From assembly GCF_006345805.1 (NCBI RefSeq), contig NC_042997.1:136772001-136836000 (forward strand): a DNA stretch of 64,000 bases. The letters are read 5' to 3'. The DNA comes from Octopus sinensis. Taxonomy: Eukaryota. The translations under genes and the position numbers were made by a program. This document shows, in pieces, positions 52,972-64,000 of this stretch (positions within the stretch are counted from its first letter, which is position 1; every line of letters starts with the position of its first letter). The notes under the pieces were generated by a model. The model saw only the letters and a list, made by a program, of their open reading frames with translations. It was not told the DNA's origin and searched no databases.

Positions 52972-54489
52972 GAGAATGTTAGTACATTTGCTGGAAACGG
53001 TCGTAGAGTAGAATATGTGGCTACACTTTGTAAGAATAATCTGGTGAAAACTCGAAAAAACTTAAAGAATGGGACAAAGGAAGACACAGTCGGTAGAGCC
53101 ATCTATTGGAGAATTAAAGAAGTACAACCATATAAAGGGAAATAACTTCTACACCGGTTCAACAATTCAATTATTAATTAAGGTGCTTAATTAGTGATTC
53201 ACTGACTCGTTGCTTATTTGTGAATACGGTAAGTTAATAAAGATTTACTTTAAGGCTGTAAAGGTGATAATACTACTACTAGTAATAATAATGTGAATAA
53301 TAGATTTATGTGAACCTCTCGATGTTACAGTAATTATTTTTCGAAGCGGGAACCTGACAACAATTAGGAAAATATATTTGCTCGTCTTAATTAATAATTT
53401 CCAAACTGAAATGTTGATCTGTTGTTTAGGAAAACCTGATCGTCTGTTACGTGTGATATAAAGGAAATTAATTGGTAAAATGAGAGTAAAACAGCAAAAT
53501 TAATTAGTAAAATGCGAGGAAACCGATTGAAGAATACCACATTCATTAATATTGTTCCGTTTGTTTCTGAGGCCAGATTAAACCGTAAGTTGACAAATAT
53601 TTCCTTTAAGTTGTGTCTGGGGAGAGTAATTTTCTTTTTGTGCCTTATAATTTAACACACTCACCGGTAAAATTTCCACTTCTCTTTTTTTTTTTCTAAA
53701 ATTTTCGTTGCGTCTTGCAATCTTTTTAATAATCTTGACTCTCAGAGTCAAGTGGAAATTTTAACGGTGTTTGTGTTAAATTATAAGGCACAAAAAGAAA
53801 ATGACTCTCCCCAGACACAACAGAATATGCTTCAACACACGAACTCATATAAAGTATCTTGCAAACCAAATACAAAAACGAAAAATAATAATAAAGTTAA
53901 AGTGAAAACCAACAAATATGACCATCCCCAAATATATATAGAGGAAATTTATCTCTAAATATAATTATATGTGTATGCATGTATTATAGTGTCTTCTTGC
54001 CTTAACATTGTGTGATAGTCGTAAACGAGTATCACTGTCATACAAGCAGTGTGTTTTGTTCCCAATCTTCCATGTAAAGATATCCTGTCTGCCTTAATGA
54101 ACTGTGAACCATGCAAGCATTGAAAAATCTGCATTGAAATGATGAGAATGTTGTTGTTGTGACAGATGCTATGTTGAATTACGGTTTTGTTCAATATCTT
54201 AAGGTTTTCTTGTATTATTTCAGGATATCACACCCTGTTGGCATAAAAGAAAGTTCTTACATCCGATGTGATTTCGATGTTATCAACATTCATTGACCAA
54301 AGGAAGACGATATATTTATAAGGAGCGTTCATCAATACATCAACCTCTTTATATATATTTAAAAGAAACATTCATGAAACAAAATCTATGATATGATGGA
54401 AAAATATTTCTTCTAGACAATAGAATTAACAGCAGCATTTTCTTGTCTTTGCTGTCTGGAATGTGGAGAAGGTGACTGCTTTACAAAAA

Positions 54490-54850
54490 GGAAAAAGAAA
54501 TTATTCTTTTCATAATCAAAATACAGGACGAGAAAAAAAGAAAAAAAATACAGGACTAGATACTGCAACAGCTTGGGTTTCAGGGGACCACAGCTCTTCA
54601 ATATCCTTCCTAAATGCTTGATAGACCTTCATGGTGTGGATGTGGGTTTCTTTAAAACTAAACTGGATCTCTTCTTGTCAGGGGTTCCAGATGAACCTAC
54701 CTCTCAGCAGGAAACACACATGCAGGTAGCAGTGCCGAACTCCCTTGTTGACCAAGTGCCATGTATCAAAGGTGGTTTCACATACTAGTGTAGCTCATTC
54801 AACGGTGGTGCTCCAGCATGGCCGCAGCTTGCGGACTGAAACATTTTTAA
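54490..54850 (+). mobile_element. CR1-group LINE 3' fragment in the ZNF1 5' UTR
   Basis: GPQLFNILPKCL..FKTKLDLFLSGVPDEP. It is absent from the paralogous ZNF2 UTR. Confidence 0.7.
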
Positions 54851-55011
54851 GGTTAATTAAACTTGGATAACTGCAAAGGAGTTGACAGTTTACATCTGCT
54901 GTTTTAGATAAGCAAAGTTACAGACTGAAGAAACATAACATTGAATTATTCCCTGAAAATAGTGACTCGCCTGAATTCAAACATCATTGTGGCATGTACG
55001 ACGAATTATTC

Positions 55012-56249
<1,238 letters not shown>

Positions 56250-57063
56250 TCATTCTCTCGAACTAGTAATTTTACTGCTCACAAATTAATTCACAGAGGT
56301 GAGAAGCTATATCAGTGTGATATCTGTGGTCAATCATTTGCTCAGAATTGTAATTTGACTACACACAAATTCATTCATACAGGGCAAAAATTGTATCATT
56401 GTGATGTCTGTGGCAATTCATTCTCTCATAGTAGTCACTTAACTAAACACCTATGTATTCATACAAGAGAGAAGCCATATCACTGTGATATCTGTGGTAA
56501 AAAATTTTCTTCCACCAGTCACTTGACTATTCACAGACGTATTCATACTGGGGAAAAACCATATCATTGTGATATCTGTGGTATATCTTTCTCTCAAAAT
56601 AATCACTTGACTAAACACAAATGTACACATACAGGTGGGAAGCCATATCATTGCGATATCTCTGGTAAAACATTCTCTCAAACTAGTCAATTGAATATTC
56701 ACAAGCATAGTCATACAGGTGAGAAGCTATATCACTGTGATATCTGTGGTAAATCATTCTCTCAAAACTGCGAGCTAAGTACACACATGTGTTCATACAG
56801 GAGATAAGCCATATCATTGTGATATCTGTGGTAAATCATTCTCTCAAACTGCGAGCTAAGTACACACAAATGTGTTCATACAGGAGATAAGCCATATCAT
56901 TGTGATATCTGGTAAATCATTCTCTCAAAACTGCGAGCTAAGTACACACAAATGTGTTCATACAGGAGATAAGCCATATCATTGTGATATCTGTGGTAAA
57001 TCATTCTCTCAAATGAGTGCCTTGGCTAGACACAAACAGGCACATATAAGAGAGAAGCCATAA
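56250..57063 (+). pseudogene. Post-stop continuation of the ZNF1 finger array with frameshifts
   Basis: Fingers continue in frame after the TAA, then small indels accumulate at about 56785-56910. Further degenerate finger remnants lie at about 57960-58100 beyond a LINE insertion. Confidence 0.75.
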
Positions 57064-57105
57064 CATTACAATCTGTAGTGATTCACTTTCTGAAAATAGA
57101 TCTTT

Positions 57106-57960
57106 TAATAATAATAATAATGAAATTTTTGTATACAGTGCTCAGGTGCACCACAACTTGTCAAAAGTGCATATAAAGCATATGCAGCAATGTACAAATG
57201 TCTGGAAAGCGAACAGTGTATGAGTCAGATAGATGCTTGCGTGTGTATGGAGGGGAGAAAGATCAGGTGTAGTGTTGGCGAATCTCAGGAAGCATGGAAG
57301 TTTTGAAGGATGCAGTGCTCCAACAACTAACAACTGATGCCGGCAGTTTGTTCCATGCTTCAGCAACTCTTAGCTTGAAAAAATGTTTCCAAAAGTCATG
57401 GGGGCTGTGCTGTTTTCTGACTTTGTAAATATGTCCACGGGTTTTAGACAGGTGGAGTTTGAAAAGGTGCTCAGAGCTATTGTTTGTAAGATGGTTAATA
57501 ATTTTATGGGTGTCTGCCAAGTCAGCTGCCAGACGTCGGAGTTTCAATGTGTTCATGCCCAGGGAAGTAAGGCATTCAGAATATGGCAAATGCCTAATAG
57601 AGGGTATTCTAAAATGTTTCTGAAAGTCATGGGAGCTGTGCTGTTTTCTGACTTTGTAAACATGTCCACGGGTGTTAGATAGGTGGAGTTTGAAAAGGTG
57701 CTCAGAGTTATTGTTAGTAAGATGGTTAATAATTTTATGGGTGTCTGCCAAGTCAGCTGCCAGACGTCGGAGTTTCAATGTATCCATGCCCAGGGAAGTT
57801 AGGTGTTCAGAATATGGCAAGTGCCTGATGGAGGGTATTCTCTTGGTTGCACGTCACTGAACGGTTTCCAGACGATTAATATCCTGGGCAAGACAGGGGT
57901 TCCAAACTGGTGATGCAAATTCCAGGTGAGGTCGCACTATAGCTATAGGAACACGTTTAT
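57106..57960 (-). mobile_element. CR1-group LINE 3' fragment with internal tandem duplication
   Basis: VRPHLEFASPVWNP..RATKRIPSIRHLPYSE.., with a ~78-codon segment present twice and a (TTA)n tail. Confidence 0.85.
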
Positions 57961-58212
57961 ACAAGAGACAAGCTTTCATGGTCATATCTGTGGTAAATCA
58001 TACTCCCATTGACCTAACTTAAATGTACATAAATGTATTCCTCCCGGATAGAAGCCATCTCACTGTGACATCTGTGGAAAATCATTTTCTCCAGAAGTGC
58101 ACATGCACACACGCACAACGTTGAAATTCACACACAAGTGTAACTGTATGAATGTCAAAATTTTTTAAATGATAACAATTAAGACTGTTTTGTCTGCTAT
58201 AAGACGGGGTTT

Positions 58213-58422
58213 CAAAGGCGGTGAGCTGGCAGAAACGTTAGCACACCAGGCGAAATGTATAGCCGTATTTTGTCTGCTGATACGTTCTGGGTTCAAATTC
58301 CGCCAAGGTCAACTTTGCCTTTCATCCTTTCGGGGTCGATAAATTAAGTACCAGTTATGCACTGGGGTCGATGTAATCGACTTAATCCGTTTGTTTAGCC
58401 CCTTGTGGGTAGTAAAGAAATA
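58213..58422 (+). mobile_element. tRNA-derived SINE with 15-bp TSD
   Basis: A-box-like tggcagaaacgttag, B box gggttcaaattcc and the conserved core. TSD tataagacggggttt at 58198-58212 and 58423-58437. Confidence 0.85.
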
Positions 58423-59076
58423 TATAAGACGGGGTTTTTTCCCTACATCAACTTCAGTACTGTCAATGTGAACCTCAAATTTTTGATCATCAGTAAAAAA
58501 TGTTGACTCTGAGATAAATTAATTACTGAAAATGCCTGTGGTTGGATTTTGAGGAATTTGTTTAAGAAAAATTAATAAAAAATTTATACTGTAACCATTT
58601 TGTGTTTGTTTTACTCTTTACTCTTTTACTTGTTTCAGTCATTTGACTGTGGCCATGCTGGAGCACCGGCTTTAGTCAAGCAAATCGACCCTAGGACTTA
58701 TTCTTTGTAAGCCTAGTACTTATTCTATCGGTCTCTTTTGCTGAACCACTAAGTTAAGGGGAAGTAAACACACCAGCATCGGTTGTCAAGCAATGCTCGG
58801 GGGACAAACACAGACACACACACACATATATATATATACATATATACGACGGGCTTCTTTCAGTTTCCGTCTACCAAATCCACTCACAAAACTTTGGTTG
58901 GCCCGAGGCTATAGTAGAAGACACTTGCCCAAGGTGCCATGCAGTGAGAATGAACCTGGAACCATGTGGTTGGTAAGCAAGCTACTTACTTTACGTTACT
59001 CTTTATTTATTCATTGTCTCCTCTATATATACTTTAAATCTCTCAACTGGCACAATGGTACACCCATACAATACTA

Positions 59077-59305
59077 TTGGGTTGTCCAGAATGTTAGTGC
59101 CGATTTATAGTAGCTTACCTTTCGACTTATTTTAGAACATGGTTGAGTCCATAAAATAGGATTTGACTACACCTCCATTTAGAGCACAGTTTAAGCTATC
59201 TTTTCATGGAAGAAGGTTTATGTTCCTATAACCTGTGTTAATTCTGTAACCCTTTAAAATGGAAGATAAGAAACTTCATTTTCGGCACTTGATGCTTTGG
59301 GAACC
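59077..59305 (+). mobile_element. Mariner 5' fragment
   Basis: TA followed by a ttgggttgtcc TIR, and ORF start MEDKKLHFRHLMLWE, a typical mariner N-terminus. It is truncated. Confidence 0.65.
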
Positions 59306-59359
59306 AGACAAAAATTGCTGCAGCTCGGCTGGGATGTGTTACCCCACCCTCCATATTCA

Positions 59360-61235
59360 CCAACTAAACACTTTTAAACTTCATATACTGGTAGAATGTG
59401 TTTATAAAACATCTTTTTCTCTTGGCTTTATTGAGAAAATTCTATGGTTTGTAAGATATTTGTTGTTTTTTTTCTGCAATTTCAACCAATCAATGACGTC
59501 TATTGAGGTAAAAAAAAACATTCTGTGCCGTATGAATATGTCCCTCGTTTAAGAAACAGATTAGATTTATTTACATTTCTGAAGAAAAAAAAGATACCCT
59601 TCCCCCCACCTCTAACCCTAAAACAGATTGAAATGCAAGAGATCGATACTAGGGTCATAATTATGGGTGACAATTTCATATGACACCGCTAGAAAAAACT
59701 GCCATTCAAACCGAAAAGATCCCATCATCTTTATCTATAAAAATATTGACTCTGAGATAAATTGATTACTGAAAATGCCTGTGTTTGGATTTTGATGAAT
59801 TTGTTGCAAATGAATTTGTTCCTCTAAATCTAGACACTGTCCCTTCTATACCTTAAATATCTATGTTTAGCCCCTTGTGGGTAGTAAAGAAATAGGTATT
59901 TTGTCTGTCGCTACGTTCTGAGTTCAAATTCCGCCGAGTTCGACTTTGCCTTTCATACTTTCGGGGTCGATAAATTAAGTACCGGTTACACACTGGGGTC
60001 GATGTAATCAACTTAATCCCTTTCTCTGTCCTTGTTTGTCTTCTCTATGTTTAGCCTCTTGTGGGCAATAAAGAAATAAGGAATAAGAACTCTGCTCTAG
60101 GTGCCACATTAAAATCACTGGTGGTGGTGCCATACAAACGGAAAAGCACTAATGATGGTGTCACCTAAAAAGTCCTGGTGAAGGTACCACATTAAGAAGC
60201 AGAAACTGGTGGCACATAAAATACCTTGGTGATGGTATCATGTAGAAAGCATTTGTGAAAAGATTCCCATTGGTGTGAATTTGATTTCAACCATTCAATG
60301 ACGCCTATTGAGGTAAAAAAAACATTCTGAGTCGTATGAATATGTCCCTCGTTTAAAAAACAGATTGGGTTTATTTACATTTGTGAAGAAAAAAAGATAC
60401 CCTTCACCCCACCCCTAACCCTACAACAGATTGAAATGCAATAGATCGATACTAGGGGTCATAATTATGGGTGACAATTTCATATGACACCGCTAGAAAA
60501 AACAGCCGTTCAAACTGAAAAGATCCCATTGGTGAGAATTTGATTTCAACCAATCAATGACGTCTATTGAAGTAAAAAAACATTCTGTGCCGTATGAATA
60601 TGTCCCTCGTTTAAAAAACAGATTGGGTTTATTTACATTTCTGAAGAAAAAAAGATACCCTTCACCCCACCCCTAACCCTACAACAGATTGAAATGCAAT
60701 AGATCGATACTAGGGTCATAATTATGGGTGACAATTTCATATGACACCGCTAGAAAAAACAGCCGTTCAAACTGAAAAGATCCCATTGGTGAGAATTTGA
60801 TTTCAACCAATCAATGACGTCTATTGAAGTAAAAAAACATTCTGTGCCGTATGAATATGTCCCTCGTTTAAGAAACAGATTGGGTTTATTTACATTTCTG
60901 AAGAAAAAAAGATACCCTTCCCCCACCCCTAACCCTAAAACAGATTGAAATGCAATAGATCGATACTATATTCTATAGTTTGTAAGATATTTGTTGTTTT
61001 TTTCTGCAATTTCAACCAATCAATGACGTCTATTGAGGTAAAACACATTCTGTGCCGTATGAATATGTCCCTCGTTTAAGAAACAGATTGGGTTTATTTA
61101 CATTTCTGAAGAAAAAAAGATACCCTAACCATAAAACAGATTGAAATGCAATAGATGGATACTAGGGTCATAATTATGGGTGACAATTTCATATGACACC
61201 GCTAGAAAAAACTGCCGTTCAAACCGAAAAGATCC
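59360..61235 (+). repeat. Head-to-tail array of GGATC-MITE right arms (~257-bp period, about 5 copies, interrupted by a SINE)
   Basis: Repeated aaccaatcaatgacgtctattgagg...aaaYYgaaaagatcc, with junctions at 60261, 60521 and 60778 and the last end at 61235. Confidence 0.85.
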
Positions 61236-61473
61236 TCGTCCTCAACAGAATGGACGACTACGAAACGGAATAAAGATGCATTGTTCTTCCGACCGGGTCA
61301 GTTGTCAAGGAAGGAGAATAATTAGAAGAGAGAAGAAATGACGTCATGAAGGAGCCGGAAGTACGACGGCATGACGTCAGGAAGCCAGAGGTTGAAGACG
61401 TCTTTATCCCTACAGTATCTGCGATGATGCCAAGTCGTGTGCTGGAAACGGCCGCAGAATAGAATATGTGAGT
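61236..61473 (+). promoter_or_regulatory. Probable promoter and non-coding first exon of ZNF2 (CRE-ETS-CRE cluster, donor site)
   Basis: CpG-rich island with TGACGTCA at 61339-61346 and 61372-61379, CCGGAAGT at 61355-61362, and donor GTGAGT at 61468-61473. A homologous remnant precedes ZNF1 at about 52990-53040. Confidence 0.6.
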
Positions 61474-61739
61474 ACACTTCCTTAAAATAATCTGGTGAGG
61501 ATTGGAAGACCCCTGAAGGTGAAGCTGTTGACAGAAGGGGACAAAGGTTTACGGTACTACCAGCGAACAGTGGTCCCGGTGCACACATCCGCGCTAGCTA
61601 GTCGTAAGTTGTCGATCCTAAAACGACATTTTAACCCTAACCCTAAACCTAGTACTACAAGCAAACAGTGGTCCCGGTGCGCGCACTCGCTCTAGCTAGT
61701 TTTAAAAATTATTTACTTTGTGATTTTGTGATGCTGCGT

Positions 61740-62620
61740 CTAAAAACCCACACACACACGTCTTATTCATCCTTCTCTCTTCTGTATGTGCTAGAAATAA
61801 CAGCTATATCTCTTAAATCGATGAATTTCATCGCCCAATAAAAATATTAACGATATTTTTTGAATATTTTCTTTATTTTTTTTACCGAAAAGGCTTTTCC
61901 CATGGTTTTGAAGGGCCAGAAACAACAAAAACGAAACAATAATCTGCCTAAATCGGTAGAGGGTGCGCGTGGAGTGTGGGTCGTATTGTAAAGATTTGCG
62001 AAATATTTTTTCATAAAAGGATGCCCCAGCTTGTCAGAAGCTGTGATATAAATTGGGAAAAAAATCCTCGACACCCCCCCCCCCTTCTGGTTTATTTACC
62101 TTTTGTGTAAATTTGTTGCGGCAAGGGGCAAAACACAGAGGGGACAAAACATGGGATACAAAAGTATTAAGTCGATTCTATCGACACCAGTGCGAACTCA
62201 CGAACGTGTATGTATGCTTGTGTGTGTATGTATATCTCCGTTTGTATGTGTATGTACGCTTATATATTAATTACTATGTGCTTGTGCAAATGTATATGCA
62301 TGTGTTTGAGAGAGAGAGAGAGTGACAGAGAGTCTGTGTGTGTGCAAGAGTACGTGTGTATGTATCTGAATATATGTGTGTGTATGCGGCTTGCGTCTGC
62401 TATGTTTCTTTATCAATATCGATAACGCAGCAAATGATTTGAGCTCAAATGCTGGGATTTCATTGGTTAAAATTCGAAGAATTAAACTACGTTAAACTTA
62501 CAAATTACAATTTTGTTTTCAATTTTGTTTACAATAATGTTTTCTTTTGACACATTCTACCAGTATACGAAGTTTCAAATTGTTTAGTTAACTAGAAAAT
62601 TCCGTCCATCAAAAGGAAAA
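61740..62620. mobile_element. GGATC-family MITE lacking its left TIR, in ZNF2 intron 1
   Basis: Colinear with 35640-36547. Confidence 0.75.
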
Positions 62621-63715
62621 GATACGTTTTATTTACTTTGTTTAAAAAATTATTTATTTTGTATTTTATTTACTTTGCTTGGTAGTTGTATGATCGACTA
62701 GTCACAACTAGGTAGCGCGAGTACGCGCACCGGGACCACTCTTCTAAAATAGTACCCAAATTGATTTACTTTGTATGACTTGTAACATTCAATCATAGGT
62801 TTCCATAAACAACAGATCGGTACTACTAGCGAACAGTGGTTCCGGTGCGCGCACTCGCTCTAGCTAGTCGTAAGTAGTCGATCCTACAACGACTTTTTAA
62901 CCCTTAGTTTGTTTATAAAAATAATATATTTACTTAGTTTAAAAAATTATTTACTTTGCATATTAACAATTACCAATATTGAATTTTGTACTAATAAATT
63001 GCCTTTGATTTTTTTTTTTGTTAAAATTCCAGCAACGAGGATTAACTGTTCGAAAAATATTTAATTTGTGTAAAAAATTTGTTTTAAAAAATAATTTATT
63101 TACTTAGAAGAGAAAGAAAACAGATAAATAATTAGAGAAATGTTGAAGTGATTCATCTTTATACAGAATGTTGTAAAAGTTTCAATGCCTCAATGGATTC
63201 TGATCCATGCAAACATAGACATTAAATGGATGACAGTGTTGATGTTGTAAGAATTGCAATGTTGGATTACTATGTCGTTTAACGATTCTCTTTATCTCAC
63301 TGCTTCTTTTTCTATTTCAGAATATCACATCATGTTGACGTAAAAGAAATTTCTTCATTTGGACATGCTTCTGATATTTTGATTGACTTTCATCAATTAA
63401 AGGAAGACCATATATTCATAAGGCACATTCATCAACACATCAACTTCTTTATACGAATAAAATCTTCAATGAATGATGGGAAAATAATTTTTCTGGACAA
63501 TGCAATTAACGGCAACATTTACTTGACTTCACTGTCTGGAATGTAGAGGAGATGATCAATTTACAGGTTAATTAACTTACTGGTTAATTAAGTTTACATC
63601 TTCTGTTTTGGGTATTAAGCAAGATCACAGATGAAAGAAACATAGCATTAAATATATTCATAGAAATGAAAACTTTATTATTGTTGTGATATGTATGACA
63701 AATTATTCTCTCATA

Positions 63716-64000
63716 ATGGAAAATTTCGCTAAACCAAAAACCCCTGATACAAGAGAGAAGCCACATCACTGTGATATCTGTGGTAAATCATTCACTTACA
63801 GAAGTGCTGTAACTGTACATAAACGTACTCATACAGGTGAGAAACCATATCAATGTGATATCTGTGATAAATCATTCTCTCGAAGTGGTCACTTGACTAG
63901 ACACAGACGTACACATACAGGAGAAAAGCCACATCGTTGTGAAATCTGTGGTAAATCAGTCTCTGAAAGTAGTAATTTGATTTATCACAAACGTACACAT
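63716..64000 (+). CDS. C2H2 zinc-finger gene 2, 5' part (runs off window)
   Basis: ATG at 63716 opens a frame to the window end: [95 protein letters not shown]. The ATG is in the same position as in ZNF1. Acceptor at 63319-63320. Confidence 0.88.
   Translation, partial: MENFAKPKTPDTREKPHHCDICGKSFTYRSAVTVHKRTHTGEKPYQCDICDKSFSRSGHLTRHRRTHTGEKPHRCEICGKSVSESSNLIYHKRTH

Overview
AT-rich, repeat-dense metazoan DNA. The SINE families and the [16 protein letters not shown] zinc-finger arrays point to an octopus (inference). It holds the last four coding exons of AGXT2 (+), a complete 9-exon NUDCD1 (+, 604 aa) and a complete RPL38 (-, 69 aa) convergent with NUDCD1. It also holds two tandem paralogous C2H2 zinc-finger genes (+): one decaying, one apparently intact and running off the window. 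The most interesting part is the RPL38 introns, which carry at least eight C/D-box snoRNA candidates in the host's sense orientation. Five copies guide LSU rRNA, four of them in a ~710-bp tandem array built by unequal crossover inside the snoRNA. Two are U45-like 18S guides and one is a 143-nt structured C/D RNA with no clear target. Seven of the eight sit in a single intron. Other features are two minimal hammerhead-like motifs in NUDCD1 introns, a GGATC-ended 8-bp-TSD MITE family concentrated around the ZNF promoters, Helitrons, a solo LTR, maT/mariner remnants, CR1/RTE/CRE/Penelope fragments and many SINEs. There are no CRISPR arrays or prokaryotic genes. rRNA target matches were made from remembered conserved sequences and need alignment to the species' rRNA.
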